Below are positions 1 to 7,735 of a stretch of DNA of 30,725 nt, one piece after another. The position numbers were made by a program, and so were the translations under genes. Source of the DNA: an uncultured Planctomycetales bacterium (lineage in GTDB: Bacteria; Omnitrophota; Gorgyraeia; Gygaellales; Profunditerraquicolaceae). Position 1 is the stretch's first letter. The number at the start of each line of letters is the position of its first letter. The notes under the pieces were generated by a model that had not been told where the DNA came from, did not search any database, and saw nothing but the letters and a program-made list of their open reading frames with translations. The stretch spans positions 1 to 30,725 of the forward strand of contig CAZAPC010000002.1 in assembly GCA_964486875.1 (NCBI GenBank), in the 5' to 3' direction.

Positions 1-761
1 GCATAGAGCACAAATTTTTCCATGTAATCAAAAGCATCGAAACTTATAATATCTATATCCTTGATTTCGGTAAAAATAGACCAGTCAGTATTGCCGCAGC
101 AATGTACCCCCAGCATTGCGCATAAAGGCTTTAGGCCTTCGATAAAATCCGTTAATCCACAAACCACTTCCTCCCTGTTTAAAGGCGTATAGGCAGAACC
201 GAAACAACCCAGGTAAGGCTCGTCGATAAACATGGCTATTCTTTTGCCGAATCCCTTAAACATATTTGCCTGCCAGAGCGCCTTCATGTTTAATGATTTT
301 AATACCGCCTGGAATAATACCTTATTATGCAAAATGGCCGTTCCCGATTCATCATTAACAGCTCCGGCAAAAGTAAAAGGACCGGTGATCTGAAGCTTTA
401 AAAGCTCAATACCGGCAATGCCGGTACCTCCGGTTAACATTTCATGAAATCTATAAAGTCCCGAAGCATACTCCCGGCTTATCTTAAAATAATCCAGATC
501 GCAGGCAATTGCCTTTTCATAGAATCTCTCTAATTCTTCTTCCTGTTTACTGGCATCAAAAAATAATCCTGAAGGCCCGATTTTTAAACACGGAATTTTC
601 TCGCTAAACTGGGAGATCATCCCTTCCCTTAAATCACGCTTAGGCAATTGGGGCCAGAAAGGAATACCGGGTATGTATTTGAATATTAAGCTCAACGCGC
701 TATCAGCATCTTGATGCGGTAGGCTACCTATGCCCGTAGCCAAACCTTTTAAATTATTCAT
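1..761 (-). CDS. Cobalamin-independent methionine synthase catalytic-domain-like protein (core-MetE/MesB-like), 3' end truncated by the window edge
   Basis: Not in the ORF track because it runs off the window. Manual translation from the ATG at 761 gives MNNLKGLATGIGSLPH...IPFWPQLPKR..EGM..QF...KLQITGPFTF...FIDEPYL...GVHCCGNTDW. TGIGSLP, QxTGP, DEP and HxC (Zn ligand) are MetE/URO-D superfamily motifs. Confidence 0.8.
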   Translation of the reverse strand, partial: MNNLKGLATGIGSLPHQDADSALSLIFKYIPGIPFWPQLPKRDLREGMISQFSEKIPCLKIGPSGLFFDASKQEEELERFYEKAIACDLDYFKISREYASGLYRFHEMLTGGTGIAGIELLKLQITGPFTFAGAVNDESGTAILHNKVLFQAVLKSLNMKALWQANMFKGFGKRIAMFIDEPYLGCFGSAYTPLNREEVVCGLTDFIEGLKPLCAMLGVHCCGNTDWSIFTEIKDIDIISFDAFDYMEKFVLY

Positions 762-763
762 AA

Positions 764-1345
764 TTAAAATCCCAGGCTCTCTGCGACCAAAAATACCGTT
801 AATCTTCCGGTAACAATTTCCCCCTCTATAGCCAAAACCTGACAAACCATTCTTTTTTTACTATCCCAATTAAGGCGTTTATAATTCAAAGGAGTGGCGT
901 ATTCTTTAGCCCGTTTCAGCGCACTGTTTAAATCCGGGGTAATTTTATTTATCCCGCATACGCAGATAACCCTTCTTGCGTTAGCTATTCCGGCAATTCT
1001 GTGGCCCCAGGCGCTTAAAAAAACAAGCTCTCCGTCTTTAGATACGGCATTAGCACTGGTTAAATAATAATCTGCGCCTGCTCCCAGCTGCCTTAATCTT
1101 ACGCTCTCATTTTTATCTATTCCGGGACTATACTGGTCAAAAACTGTATTCCCGCGCGCTTTAAGCCTTTCAACTAAACCTAGCTCTGCCAGGGTCTTTG
1201 ACCCAGAAATACCTATACTGGCATCAACAGGTATAAAGCCCAGGATCTTTTCTGTTGCTTCAAGGGCGTTATTACAATATAAAGCATCAATATTTCTTTT
1301 GGCTAAATTATTAATTAATTCCTGCGCCAGGCCATTCATGATCAT
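764..1345 (-). CDS. LUD-domain (LutC/YkgG, DUF162) protein
   Basis: Motifs GISGSKTL, YLTSANAVxxDGELV, GHRIA and VICVCGINKI match stand-alone LUD proteins. Confidence 0.8.
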   Translation of the reverse strand: MIMNGLAQELINNLAKRNIDALYCNNALEATEKILGFIPVDASIGISGSKTLAELGLVERLKARGNTVFDQYSPGIDKNESVRLRQLGAGADYYLTSANAVSKDGELVFLSAWGHRIAGIANARRVICVCGINKITPDLNSALKRAKEYATPLNYKRLNWDSKKRMVCQVLAIEGEIVTGRLTVFLVAESLGF

Positions 1346-1349
1346 TATA

Positions 1350-1844
1350 CTACTCTAAATTTAATTCTTGCAGCTTTATTTTCGAAAAACGGTTTCCGCT
1401 AAATACTACTTTGCCGAATTTACCGATCAAAAAATATGTCGGAACCCCTAAGACATCGTAGTTATCCGAAACCTGAGAATTACGGTCAAGCAATACAGTA
1501 AAATCTATGCCTGCCCCTTCCACGAAACCCGTTACCTTCTGTAAAGATTCTCCGACATTTATCGCTAAAAGTTCAACCCCCCTGTCATTAAAATATCTGC
1601 GTTCATCTTTCAAAGAATTTAATGCAAACCTGCAATACGGGCACCAGGTAGTCCAAAATACCAGCAACACGGACTTTTTACCGCGGTAATCGCTTAAAGA
1701 TACCCGACTGCCGGAAAGGCTCTCAAGCTCAAAATCATTAACCTGAGGAATTCCCTCAGTAGATACACCTTTCTGAAAAGCATCGCATCCCGATAAGAAT
1801 AAAATAAATAAGGCTGATAAGAACAAAAATCTGGCGGATCTCAT
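1350..1844 (-). CDS. TlpA/ResA-family thiol:disulfide oxidoreductase, predicted lipoprotein
   Basis: FWTTWCPYC (CxxC), cis-Pro motif GVPT, and an N-terminal signal with lipobox LSGC. Confidence 0.9.
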   Translation of the reverse strand: MRSARFLFLSALFILFLSGCDAFQKGVSTEGIPQVNDFELESLSGSRVSLSDYRGKKSVLLVFWTTWCPYCRFALNSLKDERRYFNDRGVELLAINVGESLQKVTGFVEGAGIDFTVLLDRNSQVSDNYDVLGVPTYFLIGKFGKVVFSGNRFSKIKLQELNLE

Positions 1845-1848
1845 AAAT

Positions 1849-2523
1849 TTATTGGAATCTCCTTATACCTGAATATATGAAATAAATACCCGTAACTAAC
1901 AAAACCACCCCTGCCAACTTCTGAAAATAAACCATCCATTTGCCTGATTTAGGGATATTAGATAAAAAACCGCTAAATGTACCCGAAAGGATAAGAATTA
2001 AACCCATTCCATAGGCAAATGAAACCAAAAGGCTCATGCCGTAGAAAATGTTTTTTCTCGTAGCAAGATACGAAAGTATCGAGCCTAATACCGGAGTAAG
2101 GCATGGCGAAACAATAAAACCCGAAGTTATCCCTAATATAAAAACCGATACGTAGTTTTTAGCTCCCGGATAAGGCACGCTAACTTTTGGCCCACTGTTA
2201 AAAGAAACTTTGGGTAAACCGAACATGGAAAAACCGAATAGGCATATTACCAGCCCCACCAAAATATAAGCAAAAGGATGGCTGCTTAAGCTACCGAATA
2301 ATTTCCCTGTTAAAGAAGCGATTAAGCCTAGAATTGAATACGTAAGGGCTATTCCGCTCACATAAACCAAACTTAAAACGAATCCCCTTCTCCTTGAAGT
2401 GCTTTTCGCGCCTATATAGCTTACGCTAACCGGTATCAAAGGATAAACACACGGAGTAAAGCTAACCGCAATTCCGCCTAAGAATGCAAAAATATAATCT
2501 GACGGGCTACCTGATAGATTCAT
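1849..2523 (-). CDS. ccdA: CcdA / DsbD transmembrane-domain protein
   Basis: About 6 TM segments with the two catalytic Cys in FTPCVYPLIP and SPCLTPVL. Confidence 0.9.
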   Translation of the reverse strand: MNLSGSPSDYIFAFLGGIAVSFTPCVYPLIPVSVSYIGAKSTSRRRGFVLSLVYVSGIALTYSILGLIASLTGKLFGSLSSHPFAYILVGLVICLFGFSMFGLPKVSFNSGPKVSVPYPGAKNYVSVFILGITSGFIVSPCLTPVLGSILSYLATRKNIFYGMSLLVSFAYGMGLILILSGTFSGFLSNIPKSGKWMVYFQKLAGVVLLVTGIYFIYSGIRRFQ

Positions 2524-2818
2524 TTATCCACTTTAAATAAGGCTTAAATCCGGAAGTTACAGGCAGGCTTATTATCTCCGGTACGCTGTAACTGTGCATT
2601 AACTTTACCATCTTTATTATTGCGGGGACCTTTACTTTCTTAGATTTTATAATAAGCAAGGACTCGGATACGGAATCAATTTTGCCCTTCCACCAGAATA
2701 GCGATTCCACGCTGCTTACGATATTAACACACGCGGCAAGCTTATTTTTGATTAACGCTTTAGCAATACCCCTGGCCTTTTGTTTATTTTTAGCAGTTAC
2801 CAATATTACTCTATACAT
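2507..2818 (-). CDS. cutA: Divalent-cation tolerance protein CutA
   Basis: LAACVNI, S.FWWKGKI, HSYSVPEII and YLKWI motifs; 103 aa. Confidence 0.95.
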   Translation of the reverse strand: MYRVILVTAKNKQKARGIAKALIKNKLAACVNIVSSVESLFWWKGKIDSVSESLLIIKSKKVKVPAIIKMVKLMHSYSVPEIISLPVTSGFKPYLKWINESIR

Positions 2819-2821
2819 CTT

Positions 2822-3067
2822 CTAATCTTCCTCGCGGTCTATTTTTACCGACCTTATCCTTCCAAATTGAGAACAGATATCAAAGACTAACTCCGGATCT
2901 TCAGCGTTAATACTGACAAAGAAATCGTTCCCCTTACCCTGCGTCCCGCAGGAATCCGAGACCATAATATTCTCCCCGAATTCAGCCAAAGAATTCTTTA
3001 CTGCCTGTAAAGAAGTATTATAAACATGCAGGGTAAACTCTAGTTTATATTTTTGTACCGGGATCAT
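2822..3067 (-). CDS. Hypothetical 81-aa protein, possibly ferredoxin-like (ACT/RRM-type) fold
   Basis: Fills the gap exactly and shares an ATGA overlap with pgeF. The alternating beta/alpha pattern was judged by eye. Confidence 0.65.
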   Translation of the reverse strand: MIPVQKYKLEFTLHVYNTSLQAVKNSLAEFGENIMVSDSCGTQGKGNDFFVSINAEDPELVFDICSQFGRIRSVKIDREED

Positions 3068-3780
3068 TTAAGCATCATTACCGAAACCATTCTACCGCAG
3101 GCAGGGCCTTCCTTACGGAAAGAATAAAATTCGTTATTATGGCAAAATGTACATGCCTGTGGCGGATAGATATTTTCTTTTCTTAATCCTGCGACAAGAA
3201 GCTCTTTGGTATTAACATCTGCTAAATCTAAATACAAGCGCCCATCCCGGTTAATCAAACCATCTGAAAAATATTCCTTAAAATTCTCGGAGACCTCATA
3301 ACAACAACCTCTTATGCTGGAGCCAAACCCGGCATAAAGATTTCCCGGGTCAATGTTAAATTTTTTCTGCATGAGGCTTACTGCCTTTGATGCTATCCTT
3401 GCCTTAGAGCTGCGCCATCCGCAATGTAATAACCCTATTACCGGGGTATTAGGATCATAAATAAACAAAGACAGGCAATCTGCGGTAAAGACAGCAATCG
3501 GAACATTAGTCTTATCTGTAATAAATCCGTCGGTATCTGCTATTGACCCTCCGTACGCGCTTGCGCCGCTGCCCTTATCTGCTTCAGTAACATACCTTAT
3601 GCTGTCTCCATGAACCTGCCTTGCGCAAACTAAGTCACGGTAATCAATCCCTAAACTGCTTAAAAAAATCCTCCGATTATTTAACGCCTCTGACGTTTCC
3701 CCGTAGTACAAAGACATATTCCCGTGTTTACGGCCGGAAAATGCGATTGTAAGATTAGGCCTATTCGGAAATCCGGACAA
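3064..3780 (-). CDS. pgeF: PgeF/YfiH family (polyphenol oxidase-like, purine nucleoside phosphorylase-like)
   Basis: GNMSL, QVHGD, TADCL, HCGWR, CT.C and FYSFR motifs. Confidence 0.93.
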   Translation of the reverse strand: MSGFPNRPNLTIAFSGRKHGNMSLYYGETSEALNNRRIFLSSLGIDYRDLVCARQVHGDSIRYVTEADKGSGASAYGGSIADTDGFITDKTNVPIAVFTADCLSLFIYDPNTPVIGLLHCGWRSSKARIASKAVSLMQKKFNIDPGNLYAGFGSSIRGCCYEVSENFKEYFSDGLINRDGRLYLDLADVNTKELLVAGLRKENIYPPQACTFCHNNEFYSFRKEGPACGRMVSVMMLK

Positions 3781-3982
3781 GTTTATCTCTCGCTTTCTCT
3801 CCCTTGATTATACTAATCAGGTATTTCTTAACTCCAAAATAATCCGCAAGAGCTGATATCAACTCTTTATTTGCCTTGCCCTCTATTGCCGGCTTAGCAA
3901 GGTAAACTTTTAAAGTCCCGGCCGAATTTTCCTTAACCAATCTCCTGCCTGCATTAGGCACTACCCGGACCTTAAAAACCAT
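3761..3982 (-). CDS. DUF167 (YggU-like) protein
   Basis: VRVVPNA, KVYL..PAIEGKAN.ELI..LA..FGV and I.KGEKARDK motifs. Confidence 0.92.
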   Translation of the reverse strand: MVFKVRVVPNAGRRLVKENSAGTLKVYLAKPAIEGKANKELISALADYFGVKKYLISIIKGEKARDKLVRISE

Positions 3983-3989
3983 CTAAAAT

Positions 3990-4919
3990 TTACCCTTCGA
4001 CCTGCCTATGATCCTGCATATTAGATAATTTATCGGTAAATTTCTCCAGTCGTTTCTGGCTATCTACATATTTTGTGCTTGCGTTATTCAAATGCCCGCC
4101 CAATATCCCAAACTCTTCCCTAAATTTGTTCAATTCTATATCAAGCGTGCTTAAAGATTTAAGGATCGCCTTGGCATTTTCTTCAACTTTAAACCCTCTT
4201 AAGCCCAAACAAATTACCTGTAAATACGCATAGAAGGTATTCGGAGAAACAGGAATGACTTTTTTGCTTAACCCGTACGAAAACAAATCTTCTTTTATGA
4301 CGATTTCGTAATAAACATTCTCCGCCGGTATATACATAAGGGCAAAATCATAGGTATTCTCGTGAGGCAGGATATATTTTGACGCAATTTCGTCAATACG
4401 GTTTTTTGCATCCTGAATGAATTTCTTTCTATACAAAGACTTCGACTGCTCATCCTGAGCATCTAACATCCTCTGGAAATTCTCCAGGCTGAATTTTGCA
4501 TCAACCGGGACTAACCTATCTGCAAGCCTGATTACTGCATCTACCGTATCGCTGGTCTTAAACCGGTATTGGCTTGAATAATGCTGTTTTGGCAAAACCT
4601 GAGATAGTAAATTTTCCAGCATGGTTTCGCCCATTGCCCCCCTGAATTTAGGCGCACGCAACAACTCTTGCAAGCTTGAGATATCCCGGCTTATATCGAT
4701 AATCTGCTTATTGGTTACCTCAAGCCTGCCTAATTGTTCTTTTACATTGCCAAAGACGCTTACAGTATTACCTAAATTCTGGGAGACTATCTTATTAGAC
4801 TCCTGCAAGGCCTGGCTCATCTGATTGAGCCGGTCATTCATCTGAGAAGAAATCTTAAATATCAGGGCTAATACCCCGACACACAAAACAAGAAATAATA
4901 CCCCTAAAATTAATCCCAT
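3990..4919 (-). CDS. rmuC: DNA recombination protein RmuC
   Basis: N-terminal TM plus coiled coil, followed by RGxxGE..LE..L, VDAVI, PVDAKF, FALMYIPAE and VSPNT motifs. Confidence 0.93.
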   Translation of the reverse strand: MGLILGVLFLVLCVGVLALIFKISSQMNDRLNQMSQALQESNKIVSQNLGNTVSVFGNVKEQLGRLEVTNKQIIDISRDISSLQELLRAPKFRGAMGETMLENLLSQVLPKQHYSSQYRFKTSDTVDAVIRLADRLVPVDAKFSLENFQRMLDAQDEQSKSLYRKKFIQDAKNRIDEIASKYILPHENTYDFALMYIPAENVYYEIVIKEDLFSYGLSKKVIPVSPNTFYAYLQVICLGLRGFKVEENAKAILKSLSTLDIELNKFREEFGILGGHLNNASTKYVDSQKRLEKFTDKLSNMQDHRQVEG

Positions 4920-4943
4920 TATACCTAACGCTCCTTGCCTGTA

Positions 4944-4952
4944 ATTATATCA
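4944..4952 (-). promoter_or_regulatory. Putative extended -10 promoter (TGA-TATAAT) for rmuC and downstream genes
   Basis: The minus strand reads GTGATATAAT about 25 nt upstream of the rmuC ATG, with SD AAGGAG at 4931-4936. No canonical -35 at 17 bp. Confidence 0.55.
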
Positions 4953-4966
4953 CAGGGACATTCTTA

Positions 4967-5686
4967 TCAAAGCAAATATTCTTTCTTTATCCTTTTGACG
5001 CTTCTACATATATTAGTTTTTAATTCCGGGCAGAACCTTTCTAATTCTTTTATTATTTTAGCCATCCGGGTACGGTTGGAAGTAACTGCATTAGGACAAC
5101 GACAGGTTTCGTAAGGCAAGTTTTCCTTGCACGCAAAAGAGGCAATCATACGTTCTTCGACATAAACAAACGGCCGGATAATAGTAATCTTGCCATTAAA
5201 TAACCGCTGTTTCGGCGACATCGCCGAGATTTCACCCTGAAAAAACATATTCAGCATGATTGTCTGGGCAATATCATCTTTGTGGTGTCCAAGCGCAAGC
5301 TTATCGCATTTAAGGCGGTTTGAAGCTTCAAAAAGCGCCTTTCTCCGGTTCCAAGCGCACCAAAAACAGTTTATTTCTTTCTTATCGGCCTTCTTTAATG
5401 CATCTATCTTCTCAATATGGTACTTAACCCCTATTTCCTTAAAGTACTTTACTAATTTCTTAGATACTGACTTCGGGTATCCTAAATCAATATGCACGGC
5501 GATAATATCATATTTAACCGGCACAAAACTCCTGCGGTCAGAGAGTACGCGTAAAAGCGCCATACTGTCTTTTCCCCCGGAAACCGCAACGGCAATTTTA
5601 TCCCCTTGGGCAATCATCTTATAATCCATAATTGCCCGGCCAGCGCGCTTGGAGATATAGAATTCCGTTCCTTTTAGTAAAGACAT
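4967..5686 (-). CDS. ttcA: tRNA 2-thiocytidine(32) synthetase TtcA family
   Basis: PP-loop SGGKDS, CFWC, GHHKDD, IIRP and a C-terminal CRC. Confidence 0.85.
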   Translation of the reverse strand: MSLLKGTEFYISKRAGRAIMDYKMIAQGDKIAVAVSGGKDSMALLRVLSDRRSFVPVKYDIIAVHIDLGYPKSVSKKLVKYFKEIGVKYHIEKIDALKKADKKEINCFWCAWNRRKALFEASNRLKCDKLALGHHKDDIAQTIMLNMFFQGEISAMSPKQRLFNGKITIIRPFVYVEERMIASFACKENLPYETCRCPNAVTSNRTRMAKIIKELERFCPELKTNICRSVKRIKKEYLL

Positions 5687-5729
5687 CTATTCAAAATAAC
5701 ATTTTCCTTATACAAAAGATTAAGAACTG

Positions 5730-5912
5730 ATAGACCTGTGGTTTTGATTAGGCGTGCATTAGAGAACTTTCGGCAAAAGTGCACAAGGAATTACGTCGAG
5801 CTTAAAGCCGAGCAACCTTGGCTTAAAAACGTAAGTCGCGAGCGAAAGCGAGACGTAAACCGCAGTGCACGGCGAAAGTTCTCAGCACGCATAAGCAAAA
5901 CTACAGGGCTAT
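5730..5912. repeat. Long nested-hairpin intergenic element, family H copy 1
   Basis: Pairing arms: CCTGTGGTTTTG/CAAAACTACAGG, GCGTGC/GCACGC, GAGAACTTTCG/CGAAAGTTCTC, GTGCAC/GTGCAC, TTACGTC/GACGTAA. Homologous to 25485-25649. Confidence 0.9.
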
Positions 5913-5917
5913 ATTCC

Positions 5918-7726
5918 CTATATCCTTCCTGACTCTGAAACTAAATCACGGATATCGCGGGTAACTTTATGCTTCAGCAAATCCTCAAGCGGTATAGGAA
6001 TCTTTACAGACCAGTTGGTTTTAGAGACAGTACCGGGAGTATTAATACGGTATTTATAGGGCTCGCTTTCTAAAACCTCACCCGGATAAAGCAGGTCGAA
6101 TATATTATTTATACAAATTAGAGAATTTGCATCCAAAACAAACTTTAAAACTGAACGGGAAATCTGGCTATCGCATCCCTCTCTCATATCACCCGGCAAT
6201 TCTAACAACTCCCAAAGCTTCTCCTTCTCTTTAAATGTATTCTCCCACATATCTATAAAGTCGAGAAAGTGTTCTTTTGGAATAGCCCCGTTTGGCGATA
6301 GGACTTTAAACAGCTTATCAATTGTATCTATCTCATTTCGCCAACGCAATCTTCCATACCTACTGCGTTTCGGGTCGAAAAGAATACCTTTCACCCTGTC
6401 AAAACCTATGCCGCGATGGTCGCTGCATTTGCGGATAAAAAGCGCCTCGTCAACTGTCCCTGCCTCATTCTCCCACCATGCCGCCCAATTAGTGGTGTCA
6501 TGAGTTGAGAGCATGGCAACAGACATAAACCGGTACTCTTTTTTATCCAAAAAGTCATGCCTGCAATTCCAATCCTTTACCCAACGCTGCACGTCATTCC
6601 CGGGGATATTCAATTCTTTTAAAGTATCGGTGCACGCTTGAGGAACAACGCCTAAATCCTCAGCGCAAAGAAACATATTACAGCTATCCTGCATTACCTT
6701 AAGAATTTTTCTGCCCTGCCCGAGCCAGAGATATTCATCTTTTGGGTCAAAAGAACCATTTAGGCCCTTATTCTCCAAAGGCTCATTATACGGGATACCC
6801 CAGATCCTGAAAATCCCGACTACATGGTCAACGCGTAAAATATCGTAGAAGTTTTGCGCATATTTTAATTTTTCTTTTAGGTATATAAACCCTTTACTCC
6901 CGATCTCCTTCCAGTTATATGTAGGCATGCCCCAGCGTTGCCCCAGAGCGCAATACATATCAGGAGGGGCTCCGGCGGCAAATTCCAACTTAAAGAATTC
7001 AGGATGCGCCCATACATCGCTTGAGTCTCTTGACACTAAAATCGGCAGATCCCCTTTTAATAATACGCCCTGCTTTGCAGCGTGCTTTTTAGCACGCTTA
7101 AACTGTTCATAGAGCTGCCACTGCGTCCATTCCTCAAAAGTAATTTTATCAATATTCCGGGCGCGGAACTCTTTTAGGCTTTTTTCATCCCTATCTCTAT
7201 GCTCTTTAGGCCAGGCATACCAGGAAAGCCCGTTGTGAGATACCTTAAGCACTTTAAATAATGCAAAATCAGGAAGCCAGTATTCATTTTCTCGCCTAAA
7301 ATTCAATAAGCCCTCCGGCGTGCCCTGCCCCTGCATCAAAAAAACTTCGCGCAATACGCGCATCTTCTCTTCCTTAACCGCATAATCACAATAAGCCCGG
7401 TTTAAAGGAAGATTCTTCTTTAGGTTTTCTATCTGCCTTCGGATAGATTTGTCTTTCGGAATAGGCAGGTCTGAAAGCGAAATATAAACTGGCTCCAGGG
7501 CAAAAGAGCTTAAAGCGTCATAAGGACAAAAGACAGGGCCCATTTCATTCATCGGTAAAAGCTGGAGGATAGAATTACCGGACTCTTTTACCCAGTCAAT
7601 AGCGAGTTTCAAGTCGCTGAAATCAGCGATGCCAAAGCTTTTTTCTGAATAAACAGAAAAGAGCGGGATTAATACTCCCGCTCTTTTCTGGCTAATAAGC
7701 CCTTTATTCTTAAATTCTTCGTCCAT
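5918..7726 (-). CDS. malQ: 4-alpha-glucanotransferase (amylomaltase, GH77)
   Basis: QLLP, SPY-like CPYDALSSFA, GDLPI, GAPPD, GQRWGMP, RVDH (nucleophile), AEDLG and THDT motifs. Confidence 0.95.
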   Translation of the reverse strand: MDEEFKNKGLISQKRAGVLIPLFSVYSEKSFGIADFSDLKLAIDWVKESGNSILQLLPMNEMGPVFCPYDALSSFALEPVYISLSDLPIPKDKSIRRQIENLKKNLPLNRAYCDYAVKEEKMRVLREVFLMQGQGTPEGLLNFRRENEYWLPDFALFKVLKVSHNGLSWYAWPKEHRDRDEKSLKEFRARNIDKITFEEWTQWQLYEQFKRAKKHAAKQGVLLKGDLPILVSRDSSDVWAHPEFFKLEFAAGAPPDMYCALGQRWGMPTYNWKEIGSKGFIYLKEKLKYAQNFYDILRVDHVVGIFRIWGIPYNEPLENKGLNGSFDPKDEYLWLGQGRKILKVMQDSCNMFLCAEDLGVVPQACTDTLKELNIPGNDVQRWVKDWNCRHDFLDKKEYRFMSVAMLSTHDTTNWAAWWENEAGTVDEALFIRKCSDHRGIGFDRVKGILFDPKRSRYGRLRWRNEIDTIDKLFKVLSPNGAIPKEHFLDFIDMWENTFKEKEKLWELLELPGDMREGCDSQISRSVLKFVLDANSLICINNIFDLLYPGEVLESEPYKYRINTPGTVSKTNWSVKIPIPLEDLLKHKVTRDIRDLVSESGRI

Positions 7727-7735
7727 AGAATGCTT

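Noticed and set aside
4955-4966. GGGACATTCTTA beside the ttcA stop as a third copy of the 73-bp family
   Set aside because: It is a single gapped unit with no partner arm, and it is better explained as promoter spacer.
5730-5912. Identification of the family H hairpin as 6S RNA
   Set aside because: The length and rod shape fit, but there is no large central bubble and it occurs as dispersed copies. An Rfam search would settle it.
5738-5932. 60-67-aa ORFs over the family H elements (also 25451-25639 and 25485-25688) and 25263-25445/25294-25488 over tRNA-Leu
   Set aside because: They are by-products of GC-rich palindromes and tRNA sequence. The conserved signal is base pairing, and the ORF boundaries are not conserved between the copies.
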